Assembly (NCBI GenBank): GCA_036501065.1
Contig: DASYAY010000093.1
Coordinates: 28,191 to 92,190 of the forward strand
Origin: Chthoniobacter sp.
GTDB lineage: Bacteria > Verrucomicrobiota > Verrucomicrobiia > Chthoniobacterales > Chthoniobacteraceae
Direction: 5' to 3'
Length of the DNA stretch: 64,000 bases
Shown one piece after another: positions 1 through 10,044 of the stretch. The notes below the pieces were generated by a model. The model had not been told where the DNA came from. It saw only the letters and a list, made by a program, of their open reading frames with translations, and did no database searches. Position 1 is the stretch's first letter. Every line of letters begins with the position of its first letter. Made by a program: the position numbers and the translations under genes.

Positions 1-67
1 TGGACCGGTTATCGCAGACAGGAAAGGGGCAGCATTTGAGTGGGATTGAGACTGTGGTCCGGAGGAA

Positions 68-144
68 GTAGGAGAGGCTTCCCAGCCTCTTCCGCCCGTC
101 CGGCGCGGACTCCTCCGATGAAGCGGCAAGGATGCCGCTCCTAC
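68..144. repeat. Inverted pair of GTAG-type REP-like palindromes (REPIN/BIME-like)
   Basis: GTAGGAGAGGCTTCCCAGCCTCT at 68-90. The reverse complement of 121-144 is GTAGGAGCGGCATCCTTGCCGCTT. Each is GTAG followed by a 6-bp stem with a 6-nt loop. Intergenic. Confidence 0.65.
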
Positions 145-206
145 TTCGGTTGCGGCTTCGCCGCCCCGCGCCTTGACGGTAAATCCTCGCCGCAGCCGCC
201 CCAGGG

Positions 207-977
207 TCAGCGCAGCTTGGCCAGCAGTTCCCGCCCCTTTTCCTTCGTCTCGGGGTCATCCTTTTCCGTGTTGGGCATCGCCAGGCCTTTGGTCAGGCAC
301 CGGCGGGCGTCGGCCGACCGGCCCATATCCAGGTAGGTGCGGCCGAGTGCGATGAAGTGCATGAGGCGGTTCGGATTGAGTTGAATCGCCTTCTCGAAGC
401 AGCGCTCCGCATCTTCGTAATTTGCCGGTGGCAATTTCCCGTAGACGACCTGGGCCAGGGCGCGCTTCATCGGACTCACCTCGGCAAGGCCGAGATACCA
501 ACGCCCAAGGATTTGCCAGCCGAGATCGTTGTTCGCGTCCAGGGCGAGAACTTTGTCGACGGCCAATTTCATGATCCGTGAATCGGCGATCTGCTCCTTG
601 GTGCTCAAAAGGGGAAGTAATTTTCCGTAGCTGATGGCGACGGACAGTTGCGTCTCCGGGTTGTTCGGCGCGAGGCCCACCGCGCGCTCCGCGTAGTTCA
701 CGGCCACGGTCCCCAGATGCGTTTTTTCGACCTTGTCCGACGCGTCGCTCATCAAATGGCGGTACTGGCGGGCAATCCGAACCAGTAGATCCACGTTGTG
801 GGGGTCCAATTTCTCCGCCGGCAGATAATATTTGAGCGCCTCAGCCGGTTGAAGCTTGTCGTAGCAGATGTTGCCTTGCTGGATCAAAGTCTCCAGCGAA
901 TCAGCCGAGTGGCCTGGGACGGCAAAAAAAAGATTGGCCGCGATAATAAGGATGCTACAAGGGAGGATTCGCTTCAT
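207..977 (-). CDS. Exported TPR-like helical-repeat protein (resembles RMDN/PTPIP51-like bacterial proteins)
   Basis: ATG at 977 gives MKRILPCSILIIAANLFFAVPGHS-A, a signal peptide. TPR-like segments include EDAERCFEKAIQLNPN and ADARRCLTKGLAMP. The family assignment is from recalled similarity only. Confidence 0.75.
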   Translation of the reverse strand: MKRILPCSILIIAANLFFAVPGHSADSLETLIQQGNICYDKLQPAEALKYYLPAEKLDPHNVDLLVRIARQYRHLMSDASDKVEKTHLGTVAVNYAERAVGLAPNNPETQLSVAISYGKLLPLLSTKEQIADSRIMKLAVDKVLALDANNDLGWQILGRWYLGLAEVSPMKRALAQVVYGKLPPANYEDAERCFEKAIQLNPNRLMHFIALGRTYLDMGRSADARRCLTKGLAMPNTEKDDPETKEKGRELLAKLR

Positions 978-1038
978 CTTGGGTGCTACGAATCGCCCGA
1001 AGCCTTCTCTTCGCAAGGGGGATTTCGCTGGATGACAA

Positions 1039-2304
1039 TTATTTAATCTTCACCGCGGCTTCAACGAGACGGCCCGCGTTGAGCAATGCGGCTTCACTCC
1101 GATAGCGCCCGATTAACTGCAAGCTCGCGGCTGGAAAACCGGCGTGAGCCAGGGGGATGGGAACGGCCAGGGCCGGGTTCCCCGCCACATTCACCGGGAC
1201 GGTGTTTTGCATTCCCAGCACGCGTTCGTCCATGACGCCGACCCGGAAATTCAGGGTCATGTGCGGCGGAATGTTTTGCATCGTAGGCAGGGCGATGAAG
1301 TCGACTTTTTCGAGAACCGCCTCCAAATCGCCTTGCCAGGCGCGCTGGCGGGAGAGCGCCTGCCGATAGCGATCGCCGTAGTCGAGGCGGCCGAGGAGAA
1401 TGCCGCTCTTCGTGCGCCCGCTGATGTCCCCGTCGTTGCCATATTTTTGGTAATTCAACCAGATACCCACGGCGGCCATGGTATCGCCGTCTTTTTTGGC
1501 CTGATCCCATTGGTCCCGAAAACGGTCGCTCAGGCGAACCACCTGGAACCCCGTTTTGGCCAACGCCGCATCCACGGCGGCGTCGATTTTCGGATTCGTC
1601 CCTTTGAGCATCAGGCGCCCGACACGAATGCGCTGGGCCGATGGCATCTGCGCTTTGGCCGCCGCATAGCGGGAGGCGAATCCCGATTCGAGAAGACCCA
1701 TGCCCTCGGCGGTGCCGGCAACATCCCGGGCGAGCGGACCCACCGTATCCAGAATTTCCGGCTCGATCGGATAAATGCCCTTCAACGAAACCAGGCCGCG
1801 CGTCGTCTTGAGGCCAACCACACCACAGCAGGCCGCCGGAACGCGAATGGAACCGGCGGTATCCGTGCCGAAAGCAACGTCGGCCTCGCGATTGGCCACA
1901 GCTACGGCCGAACCACAGGAGGAACCGCCGGCGATTCGTTTCCATCCATGGCTCAGCGGACTTTCAGGAGTGCCGAAATATTCGTTGATCCCCGAAGGCG
2001 CCACGGCGAACTCACTCAAATTCGTCTTTCCGACGATCGGCACATGCCGCTCCCGGGCAATTCCCAGGCAGGCCGCATCTCTTTTCGCCGGTGGAGCATG
2101 TTTCGCGAGAAACTCCGAACCGGCGGTGGTGACCACACCCTTCATATCGATGTTGTCCTTGATCGCCAGCTTCCACTCGCTGGGTTTTGCCGGCGGCCAG
2201 TATTCGATGAAGGCCCGGTCGCGCGTCGCCGCACGAGGGCCAATCGTACAGCCATCGAAAGCGAGCAGACAGACCAGGCCCGTCAGGACGAGTTTCAGCG
2301 TCAC
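1039..2304 (-). CDS. Amidase-signature family hydrolase, probable lipoprotein
   Basis: Ser-cisSer-Lys triad motifs AIKDNID, GGSSCGSAVAVA and GTDTAGSIRVPA, plus VGKTNLSEFA. Hydrophobic N-terminus ends in LLAFDGC (possible lipobox). Confidence 0.9.
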   Translation of the reverse strand: MTLKLVLTGLVCLLAFDGCTIGPRAATRDRAFIEYWPPAKPSEWKLAIKDNIDMKGVVTTAGSEFLAKHAPPAKRDAACLGIARERHVPIVGKTNLSEFAVAPSGINEYFGTPESPLSHGWKRIAGGSSCGSAVAVANREADVAFGTDTAGSIRVPAACCGVVGLKTTRGLVSLKGIYPIEPEILDTVGPLARDVAGTAEGMGLLESGFASRYAAAKAQMPSAQRIRVGRLMLKGTNPKIDAAVDAALAKTGFQVVRLSDRFRDQWDQAKKDGDTMAAVGIWLNYQKYGNDGDISGRTKSGILLGRLDYGDRYRQALSRQRAWQGDLEAVLEKVDFIALPTMQNIPPHMTLNFRVGVMDERVLGMQNTVPVNVAGNPALAVPIPLAHAGFPAASLQLIGRYRSEAALLNAGRLVEAAVKIK

Positions 2305-2378
2305 AATCTGTGAATCGCTGGACCGCGCGGGTTCGCTCTTATCTCGCCGAGGAAATCAGGATTTTGCGCGGGTCCGAA

Positions 2379-4724
2379 TCAGTGTTCGAGGTTCGCCGCC
2401 CGCAGGCGCAGGGCGTTGCCAATCACCGAAACGGAACTCAGGCTCATGGCGGCTCCGGCGATGATCGGACTGAGGAGTAGGCCAAAGAACGGATAGAGCA
2501 GCCCCGCGGCGATGGGGATGCCGAGGGCATTGTAGACAAAGGCGAAGAAGAGATTCTGCCGAATGTTGCGCATGACCGCGCGGCTGAGACGGATGGCGCG
2601 CACCACACCGCCGAGATCGCCTTTGACCAACGTCACGCCTGCACTTTCCATGGCCACGTCAGTGCCGGTGCCCATGGCGATGCCGACGTCCGCCGAGGCC
2701 AGCGCCGGGGCGTCGTTGATGCCGTCTCCGGCCATGGCCACAACCGCGCCGCCTTTTCGCAGAGCTTCCACGCGGGCATGCTTGTCGCCGGGGGCTACGC
2801 CCGCTTCCACCTCGTCGATCCCGATTTCCCGGGCGACCGCCCGAGCCGTGCGCTCGTTGTCACCGGTAAGCATGATCACCTTCAGTCCGGCTTCATGCAA
2901 AGAGCCGATCGCCGCGAACGCCGACGCTTTGATCGGATCGGCCACAGCCAGCGCGCCCACAGTCCTTCCATCGCGCGCCACGAAGATCACCGTCTGGCCG
3001 CGCTCTTCCAGAGGCTTCGCCTTCGCGGCGAAATCCCCAGCGTCCTGCACCCCTTGTTCCTGAAGATAGTCCTGTTTTCCGACGAGGACGCTGCGTCCGT
3101 CGATTTTCGCACTCACTCCCCCACCGGTCGTCGAGGCAAAATCCTGCGCTGGCGCGATCTTCAGCTTCCGGTCTTTGGCCGCCGCGACGATGGCAGCGGC
3201 CAGCGGGTGCTCGCTCGATTGTTCCGCGGCCGCGGCGAGCGCGATGAGTTCATCCTCGTCCAATTCGTTCCCGACGAGCGCTTGCACCAGGCGCGGCTTG
3301 CCTTCGGTAAGTGTCCCGGTCTTGTCCACCACCACCGTGCTGACTTTCTCCAACCGTTCGATGGCTTCGGCGTTCTTGATGAGGACACCGGCGCGGGCGC
3401 CGCGGCCAACTCCGACCATGATGGACATCGGCGTGGCCAACCCGAGAGCGCAGGGACAAGCGATGATGAGCACGGCGACCGCATTCACGACCGCCAAGCC
3501 AAGCCGCGGTTCAGGTCCCAGCCACAGCCAGAGGATGAAGGTGAGCGCGGCCACGCCAATCACTGTCGGCACAAACCAGCCCGCCACGCGATCGGCCAGG
3601 GCCTGGATGGGCGCGCGGCTGCGTTGCGCATCGGCCACCATTTGCACGATGCGAGCGAGCACCGTCTCGCTGCCCACGTGTTCCGCTTTCATGACAAAAG
3701 CCCCGGCGCCGTTGATCGTGCCACCGGTCACCACATCACCGGCCGCCTTTTCAATCGGCATTGCTTCTCCGGTGAGCATGGACTCGTCGAGTGAGGATTT
3801 TCCCTCGAGGATGATTCCGTCGACTGGGACCTTATCACCGGGACGGACCCGCAGACGATCGCCCGCTTTGACCTCCTCCAGAAGCACGTCGCGCTCCCCA
3901 TCGGCCTCGATTCGGCGCGCCATGGCGGGCGCCAAATCCAGCAAGGCTCGCAAAGCGGCGCCGGTCCGCCGCCGGGCGCGCAACTCGAGCACTTGTCCCA
4001 GCAGCACGAGCACCACGATGGTCGCCGCCGCTTCGAAATAGATCGGCACCGCCGCGTGATGGCTGGCCGGAAAGATGCCGGGCGCGAACAGGGCCACGGC
4101 GCTGAACGCGTAGGCCGCAGCCACGCCCACAGCAATGAGCGTGAACATGTTTAAGTGACGGGTGACGAGCGACCGCGCACCGCGGACAAAAAACGGCCAA
4201 CCCGCCCACAGCACCACCGGCGTGGAAAGGACCAATTGAGTCCAGCGCGAGGCTGCGCTCAGCGTCCACTCCGGCGGGGACGGCAGCACATGCGCCATCG
4301 CCAGGAGAAAAACCGGCACGGCGAGGACTGCACCGATCCACAAGCGGCGGATCATATCGCGCAGTTCCCCATCCTCAGGCTCGGCCGCGGTGACCGTTTT
4401 CGGTTCCAGGGTCATCCCGCATTTGGGGCAGTCTCCGGGATGGTCCTGCTCGACCTCCGGATGCATCGGGCAGGTGTAAATGACGGTGGTGCGCGCGGTC
4501 GAAGCAACGGCCGATTCCAGAGCCATGCCGCACTTTGGGCACGCGCCGGGCTGGTCGCTCTCGATCCCAGGACACATCGGGCAATAGTAGGCCGCGCTCC
4601 CCGAAGGTTTGACCGCCGCATGGTCGTGGTGATCGTGATGGCCGCCACCACAGCAGGCGTGAACCGCGGGCTCCGGCTTCGGTCCACAGCAGGAGTGGCC
4701 GGTATCGTCGGGTTGGTGATTCAT
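2379..4724 (-). CDS. copA: Cu(I)/Ag(I)-exporting P1B-type ATPase
   Basis: Motifs [34 protein letters not shown] and MSLSS. N-terminal His/Cys-rich tract plus YYCPMCP and YTCPMHP metal-binding modules. ATG at 4724 overlaps the csoR stop (ATGA). Confidence 0.93.
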   Translation of the reverse strand: MNHQPDDTGHSCCGPKPEPAVHACCGGGHHDHHDHAAVKPSGSAAYYCPMCPGIESDQPGACPKCGMALESAVASTARTTVIYTCPMHPEVEQDHPGDCPKCGMTLEPKTVTAAEPEDGELRDMIRRLWIGAVLAVPVFLLAMAHVLPSPPEWTLSAASRWTQLVLSTPVVLWAGWPFFVRGARSLVTRHLNMFTLIAVGVAAAYAFSAVALFAPGIFPASHHAAVPIYFEAAATIVVLVLLGQVLELRARRRTGAALRALLDLAPAMARRIEADGERDVLLEEVKAGDRLRVRPGDKVPVDGIILEGKSSLDESMLTGEAMPIEKAAGDVVTGGTINGAGAFVMKAEHVGSETVLARIVQMVADAQRSRAPIQALADRVAGWFVPTVIGVAALTFILWLWLGPEPRLGLAVVNAVAVLIIACPCALGLATPMSIMVGVGRGARAGVLIKNAEAIERLEKVSTVVVDKTGTLTEGKPRLVQALVGNELDEDELIALAAAAEQSSEHPLAAAIVAAAKDRKLKIAPAQDFASTTGGGVSAKIDGRSVLVGKQDYLQEQGVQDAGDFAAKAKPLEERGQTVIFVARDGRTVGALAVADPIKASAFAAIGSLHEAGLKVIMLTGDNERTARAVAREIGIDEVEAGVAPGDKHARVEALRKGGAVVAMAGDGINDAPALASADVGIAMGTGTDVAMESAGVTLVKGDLGGVVRAIRLSRAVMRNIRQNLFFAFVYNALGIPIAAGLLYPFFGLLLSPIIAGAAMSLSSVSVIGNALRLRAANLEH

Positions 4725-5011
4725 TTCAAGAAACGGGAAAGAGACGTGCGCAGTTCCTCGAGGAGTTTCGCCGGTTTCATCGGTTTCGCGGAGGCATGCT
4801 CCGAGGCGGTGCCGTGACCGAGCACGCAGGATTCGACATGGCTGGCGAGCAATTCGACGCCGAGAGCGTCCAGAGCCGAGCGAACGGCGGAGATCTGGTT
4901 GAGGATGTCGACGCAATAACGTTCTTCGTCGAGCATTCGCTGGATGCCGGTGACCTGGCCGGCGATACGTTTCATCCGCGCCTGGAGCCGGCGTTGGGTA
5001 TCGGGTTTCAT
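4721..5011 (-). CDS. csoR: CsoR/RcnR-family metal-sensing repressor
   Basis: [43 protein letters not shown]...SHVESC contains the Cys...His-x3-Cys copper ligand set. It lies directly upstream of and is coupled to copA. Confidence 0.9.
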   Translation of the reverse strand: MKPDTQRRLQARMKRIAGQVTGIQRMLDEERYCVDILNQISAVRSALDALGVELLASHVESCVLGHGTASEHASAKPMKPAKLLEELRTSLSRFLK

Positions 5012-5020
5012 GCCGTATGG

Positions 5021-5041
5021 ATATACCCCCTGTGGGTATAT
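5021..5041 (-). promoter_or_regulatory. CsoR operator
   Basis: Perfect inverted repeat ATATACCC-CCTGT-GGGTATAT, 9 nt upstream of the csoR ATG. It matches the TATACCC..GGGTATA G/C-tract operators of the CsoR family. A TTGCAA -35-like hexamer abuts it on the minus strand. Confidence 0.85.
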
Positions 5042-5074
5042 TGCAAGCCGCCCGGAAAATGCCTCGGCAGCGCG

Positions 5075-5143
5075 TCTTCCCATTCTTCCCATTCTTCCCA
5101 TGGGAGGAATGGGAAGAATAGGAGGCATGAGAAGTATGGGAGG
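5075..5143. repeat. Inverted array of 9-bp tandem repeats
   Basis: (TCTTCCCAT)x3 followed by five degenerate complementary units (ATGGGAGGA ATGGGAAGA ATAGGAGGC ATGAGAAGT ATGGGAGG). Lies just 3' of the stop of the 5151-7424 gene. Confidence 0.75.
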
Positions 5144-5150
5144 CGACGGC

Positions 5151-7424
5151 CTACCGTGCTCTGCGAGTCTCGCACCATTCCCGCCAGAGACGGCGATACG
5201 CCGCCTCGATGTTCCGGGCGAAACGCGGGGCGTCCATGAGCGGCGAGGCTTGCATGCGCGCACGCAGCGTGGATCGCAGCTCCTCCAGTCGATCCAAATC
5301 CATCGCCCACTTCGCCGCGATCTCGAGGTATTCGGCCGGGCTGGCTGCGGCGAATTCGGGCAGACCTACGGTGTGCAGCAAGCTCAGGCCGGTGCGGGAG
5401 ATGGGATGCTCCCCCGACAAACTCACGACGGGAACGCCCATCCACAAAGCGTGGCAGGTGGTGGTCATGCCATTGAACGGGAAGGAGTCGAGGGCGACGT
5501 CGATCTTCCCGAAAAGTTGCACATAGGCCGCCCATGGGCCGGGCGCGAAGAGTTCCAGCCGGACAGGATCGACGCCCTGAGCCGCAAATAAGCGGGAGGC
5601 GCGTTCGGCGGCCTGTCCGGGCGGACACACCATCAACAACCGCGAATGAGGAACCCGCCGCAGCAGTTCCGCCCAGCCGCGCAACGTCGCTTCCTTGATC
5701 TTGGCGAATTGGTTGAGCGAGCCGAAGGTGACCACGGAATGTTGCCTCGCCGGAAGCGTCCCGACTGCGGGGAAATCATCCACCGGCGCGTAGCAACACC
5801 AGCTCTCCGGCAAACGGATCACCCGCTCCGTGGACGCGGCATCGACTAAATCATCCGGCTCGATTTTGTCGTCCGACAACCGGTGACGAATCGTCTCCAC
5901 GCCAGAGCTGCCGGCGTGAGCCAGCCAGGAGATTTGCAACGGGGCCGGTTCTCGCGCAAACACGAGCAGGCGATTTTCCGCGGTGTGCATGGAAAGATCG
6001 ACGAGGATATCGATCCCATCCTCCCGGACGCGCGCCGCGACCTCTTCGTCCGACAGGGGGAAAATATCGTGCCAGACATCCGCGAGTTCCCGCAAACGGG
6101 CGGTGACCACGTCCGGTTGAGCGACGCTCGCATAGACGTGAACCTCGCATTGCGCTCGATCATGGGCCGCGAAGAGCGGCGCCAGGAAAAAGGAAACGGC
6201 GTGCGCATGAAGATCCGGAGAGATGTAACCCACGCGCAATCGTCGCGCGGGGTCCGGGACATTCCGCGGCGGAGTCGCGCCGGTCCGCAACGGCGCAGTA
6301 AAAAGACGATTCCATTCCGCCTGAGCGTCGTGAATGGCCATCGCATCGATCTCCGCGGAATGGTAGAGCGCGTAGATCAAGTTGCTGAGATAGACGGCGT
6401 TGCCCGGACTGAAATGGATGGCCTGCCGATACGCGGTGATCGCCTCCTCGATCCTTCCGCCATCCTTGAGCGCATTGGCCAGGTTGTTGTGCGCGGCGGA
6501 AAGATCCGGGCGAAAGCGAAGCACCTCCTGATAAGCGGCAATCGCCGCATCAATCTGCGCTTGATCTTTAAGTGCCAGGCCGAGGTTGTTGCGGGCCTCG
6601 ACGTAATCCGGCTTTACTTGCAGGGCCGTGCGAAAAGCCGCCTCCGCCGCCTGCGGCTGGCGGGACTTTCGCAGCGCCAAGCCCAGGTTGTTGTGCGCTT
6701 CCGCCAGATCCGGTTGGATGCGAAGAGCCGTTTCGAAGGAAGTAATGGCGGCGGCGGTCTGCCCAAGATCGTTGAGCGCGATCCCGAGATTGTTATGCGC
6801 TCGCGCGGAGTTCGGTTGGAGTTGCAACGCCCTTTGATAAGCCGCGAGGCTTTCTTCCTTCTGCCCGCGATCCTTCAACGCCGTGCCGAGATTGTCGTAA
6901 GCCTCGGGAAGGTTGGGCTCGATTTGCACGGCCGCGCGATAGGCCGTGATGGCTTCTTCGATTCGCCCGGATTCCTTCAACGCCACCCCGAGATTATTGT
7001 AGGCGCTGGCGAAATTCGGCCGGAAACGGAGCGCCGCAGCGAATGCGGCGATCGCTTCCTCGAGCCGGCCCAGGTCCCGCAAGGCATTGCCGAGATTGCT
7101 GTAAACATCCGCGGAATCCGGCTTGATTTCGAGCCCCCGGCGGCAGGCGGCGACGGCTTCCTCGTGCTTGCCTTCCGCCGTCCGGATGAGCGCGAGGTTG
7201 TTGTGGTAATCGAGCACCCCCGGGTTCAAGGCGATGGCGCGAGTGACCAGCGCGGCCGCGTCCGGAAGTTGATTCCGCTGAAACGCGATCATCCCCAGGA
7301 GATGCAGGCAGCCGTCGTGATTCGGAAAAACGGCGAGGACCTGGCGATAGATCGACTCCGCTTCGGCAAGACGTCCCGCGAGATGATGCTGGAGAGCGAG
7401 TTGGACGTGGTCGGCGACAGTCAT
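5151..7424 (-). CDS. TPR-containing GT41 glycosyltransferase (O-GlcNAc transferase/SPINDLY-like)
   Basis: About ten 34-aa TPRs (AxNNLGxAL...AIxAYxxALxxxP), then RVGYISPDLHAHAV, DILVDLSMHT, FGSLNQFAKI and DVALDSFPFNGMTTTCHALWMGVPVV. No signal peptide. Confidence 0.92.
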   Translation of the reverse strand: MTVADHVQLALQHHLAGRLAEAESIYRQVLAVFPNHDGCLHLLGMIAFQRNQLPDAAALVTRAIALNPGVLDYHNNLALIRTAEGKHEEAVAACRRGLEIKPDSADVYSNLGNALRDLGRLEEAIAAFAAALRFRPNFASAYNNLGVALKESGRIEEAITAYRAAVQIEPNLPEAYDNLGTALKDRGQKEESLAAYQRALQLQPNSARAHNNLGIALNDLGQTAAAITSFETALRIQPDLAEAHNNLGLALRKSRQPQAAEAAFRTALQVKPDYVEARNNLGLALKDQAQIDAAIAAYQEVLRFRPDLSAAHNNLANALKDGGRIEEAITAYRQAIHFSPGNAVYLSNLIYALYHSAEIDAMAIHDAQAEWNRLFTAPLRTGATPPRNVPDPARRLRVGYISPDLHAHAVSFFLAPLFAAHDRAQCEVHVYASVAQPDVVTARLRELADVWHDIFPLSDEEVAARVREDGIDILVDLSMHTAENRLLVFAREPAPLQISWLAHAGSSGVETIRHRLSDDKIEPDDLVDAASTERVIRLPESWCCYAPVDDFPAVGTLPARQHSVVTFGSLNQFAKIKEATLRGWAELLRRVPHSRLLMVCPPGQAAERASRLFAAQGVDPVRLELFAPGPWAAYVQLFGKIDVALDSFPFNGMTTTCHALWMGVPVVSLSGEHPISRTGLSLLHTVGLPEFAAASPAEYLEIAAKWAMDLDRLEELRSTLRARMQASPLMDAPRFARNIEAAYRRLWREWCETRRAR

Positions 7425-7521
7425 GGCAAGCGATAGGATACTCGATCTTCACCCGCAAATCTCCCTTTCGACGACGGGGAACGCCCCGGTGGTGATGGAG
7501 GCTGATGCATCCGGTTGTCGC

Positions 7522-9939
7522 TCAAATTTGGGATTCACACCAGCGCTGCCACATCCGCCGGTAGGCGGCTTCGATGTTCCGCGTGAAGCGTGGGGCGTCC
7601 ATCAAAATGGACGCCTCCATCCGCGGTCGCAAGGTCCGGCGGAGTTCCGCAAGACGCGGGAGATCACGCGCCAACTCGACGGAAATCCGCACATATTCAT
7701 CGGGTGAAGATGTGACCAGGTCCGGCATCCCCAGATTGGACATTTGACTCAGGCCGGCGCGGGAGACCGGATGTTCGCCGGCGAGACTGACCACGGGAAC
7801 GCCCATCCACAAAGCATCGAGACTGGTGCTGTGTCCGTTGTAGGGAAAGGTATCCAGCACCAGGTCGATTCCGTGATACCCGGTGAGATACTGGCTCCGC
7901 GGCGCCTTGGTCATAAACTCGACACGCTTTCGGTCGATGCCCCTCGCTTCGAGCGAAGCCAGGAACGCCTCGCGGCACTGTCCTCGCGGCGCCAGCAACC
8001 GGAGCCGCGACTCCGAGACCTCGGCCAGAATGCGCGTCCACAAGGCAATGAGCGGGCCGTTGATTTTGCAGAAGTTATTCAAGCAGCCGAAAGTGACGTA
8101 GCCGGTGCGCACAGCCGGCAACTCGTTGATTTCCAGGTGCTCTTCCAAAGGATCGAAACACCAGAAGCTGTCGAGGAGGCAGACCCGATCGGAATGCGGA
8201 ATGCGGAGTGCGGAATGCGGAATCGCCAGCCCTTCCAATTCCACATCCCGCACTCCGCGTTCCGCATTTCCCTCCAGCCACCGGTCGCTGATTCGATACT
8301 CGATTGCTTCGACGCCGGTGCCGCCCGGATATCCGGCAAAAGAAACCTGCACGGGCGCGGGCCGGCGGGCGAAAGCCAGGAGGCGATGGTGAGCGAGATG
8401 CTGGCTCAGGTCCACGAGCACATCCACGCCATCCTCCCGAATCTGCGCGGCAAGGTCCTCGTCGGAAAGGCGCGCAACGTCCCGCCATTGGTCCGCGCAT
8501 TTCTGAAATTCCGATGTCAGCGCGTCGGAATCGGGCAGCGAGGCGTAGCAGAAAATCTCGAATTGCGCGTGATCGTGGTGGCGAAACAGCGGCAGGAGAT
8601 TGCGGCCGATCACGTGCTGGCGAAAATCCGTGGAGACATAGCCGACTTTCAATCGGCGCGATGGCTCCCGCGGATTGCTGTGCCGCGGAATGGAGATGCC
8701 TAATGGCCGGGCGTGCCGTTCATTCCATTTCGCCAGCTCCTCGCGAATCTGCTTTGCCCCGAAGCCCGGATGAAAATGCAGAAGGTAAACGAGATGACTG
8801 TGATATGCGGCCTTGCCGGGGAGCAACGCCATCGCGCGGCGGTAGTGATCCAGCGCCGAATCCAATTCACCCCGGTCTTTCAGGGCCGTGCCCCAGTGGT
8901 CGAAGGCATCGGCGCTCTCCGGTCGAATTGCCAGCGCATTTTGGTAGGCGGCCACCGCTTCGTCCAATTGATCGTGCTCCTGAAGGAGATTGCCGAGATT
9001 CACCCAGGCCTCGATGAAATGCGGATTGCAGCGCAACGCGGCGCGGTAGGCGTTTGCCGCCGCTTCCCGCTGGCCTTGGCGCAGCCAGGCATTGCCCAAA
9101 TTGTAATGACTGTCGGCGTGGTCCGGTTGAATCTGGAGCGCGGCGCGGAAGGCCTCGATCGCAGCGTCGACCTCTCCTTCATCGAGCAACGCCTTGCCCA
9201 GATTCCCATGGGCCGCGGGATAGTCCGGCCGGAATTGGAGGGCCGTTTGATAAGCCGCCTTCGCCGCTGCAATCCGGTCCTGGCGATGCAGGGCGATGCC
9301 GAGATTGTAGTGAGCCTCGGCGAAATCGGGCCGCAGACGGATCGCTTCCTGATAAGCCGCAGCCGCCTCGGAAAAGGCCGCCTGATCGAGCAACGAATTT
9401 CCCAGCCGGTAATGGATTTCCGGCTCCAACGGCCGCAGCCGGAGCGCTTCCCGAAAGGCGGACGTGGCGGCAGCCAGACTCCCCTGCTCCAGCAAAAGCG
9501 TTCCGAGATTCTGCCACGCGTCGGGGTAATCGGGCTTCAGTTGAAGAGCCGTGCGATATTCGGCGACGGCCTCGGCAGCGAGTCCCTGTTTCTGGAAGAC
9601 GAGACCCAGATTGTAATGCGCTTCCGCATAGGCGGGCCGGAACGCGCAGGCCTGGCGAAAACTGGCTGCGGCCACATCGAGATTACCGAGGTTCATCCAG
9701 GCATTGCCCTGGTTGTTGTGATACGCGGCTTCGGCTGGCTGAATCGCCAGGGCCCGGCCAATCAAATCCACTGCCACCCGGTGCTGGCCGGACTGCAGCG
9801 CAACGACGCCGAGCAGGTGCAGCGCATCGGCATGATTCGGCTGGTGCGCCAGAATCTGCCGATAGATGGACTCCGCTTCCCGCAGTTTTCCCGCTTGGTG
9901 AAATTGGACCGCGAGGTCGAAGGATTGTTGGATGGTCAC
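7522..9939 (-). CDS. TPR-containing GT41 glycosyltransferase (O-GlcNAc transferase/SPINDLY-like)
   Basis: TPR array, then KVGYVSTDFRQHVIG, DVLVDLSQHL, FGCLNNFCKI and LDTFPYNGHSTSLDALWMGVPVV. GTG start lies 12 nt after the stop of the giant PEP-CTERM gene. Confidence 0.92.
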   Translation of the reverse strand: MTIQQSFDLAVQFHQAGKLREAESIYRQILAHQPNHADALHLLGVVALQSGQHRVAVDLIGRALAIQPAEAAYHNNQGNAWMNLGNLDVAAASFRQACAFRPAYAEAHYNLGLVFQKQGLAAEAVAEYRTALQLKPDYPDAWQNLGTLLLEQGSLAAATSAFREALRLRPLEPEIHYRLGNSLLDQAAFSEAAAAYQEAIRLRPDFAEAHYNLGIALHRQDRIAAAKAAYQTALQFRPDYPAAHGNLGKALLDEGEVDAAIEAFRAALQIQPDHADSHYNLGNAWLRQGQREAAANAYRAALRCNPHFIEAWVNLGNLLQEHDQLDEAVAAYQNALAIRPESADAFDHWGTALKDRGELDSALDHYRRAMALLPGKAAYHSHLVYLLHFHPGFGAKQIREELAKWNERHARPLGISIPRHSNPREPSRRLKVGYVSTDFRQHVIGRNLLPLFRHHDHAQFEIFCYASLPDSDALTSEFQKCADQWRDVARLSDEDLAAQIREDGVDVLVDLSQHLAHHRLLAFARRPAPVQVSFAGYPGGTGVEAIEYRISDRWLEGNAERGVRDVELEGLAIPHSALRIPHSDRVCLLDSFWCFDPLEEHLEINELPAVRTGYVTFGCLNNFCKINGPLIALWTRILAEVSESRLRLLAPRGQCREAFLASLEARGIDRKRVEFMTKAPRSQYLTGYHGIDLVLDTFPYNGHSTSLDALWMGVPVVSLAGEHPVSRAGLSQMSNLGMPDLVTSSPDEYVRISVELARDLPRLAELRRTLRPRMEASILMDAPRFTRNIEAAYRRMWQRWCESQI
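8190..8268. repeat. In-frame palindromic heptamer array inside GT41 gene
   Basis: CGGAATG CGGAATG CGGAGTG CGGAATG CGGAATC, a spacer, then CCACATC CCGCACT CCGCGTT CCGCATT (complementary arm). Encodes NAERGVRDV...IPHSALRIPHS. Confidence 0.85.
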
Positions 9940-9951
9940 AAAGGACCCGGA

Positions 9952-10044
9952 TCAGGTACGGGAACGGCGGCGGCGGAAGCGCTGGAGGCCGAGCGCCAGA
10001 CCGAGGCTGCCCGCGAGCATCGACAACGAGTTCGGTTCGGGAAT
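9952..10044 (-). other. PEP-CTERM (exosortase) sorting signal
   Basis: IPEPNSLSMLAGSLGLALGLQRFRRRRSRT-stop: Pro-Glu-Pro motif, transmembrane segment and basic tail. Confidence 0.92.

Noticed and set aside
4725-5263. Extended N-termini given by the ORF track for copA (4916) and csoR (5263), likewise 1016, 58804 and 61330
   Set aside because: They overlap neighbouring genes, the operator or repeats. Family homology or the shared leader begins at the downstream ATGs used here.
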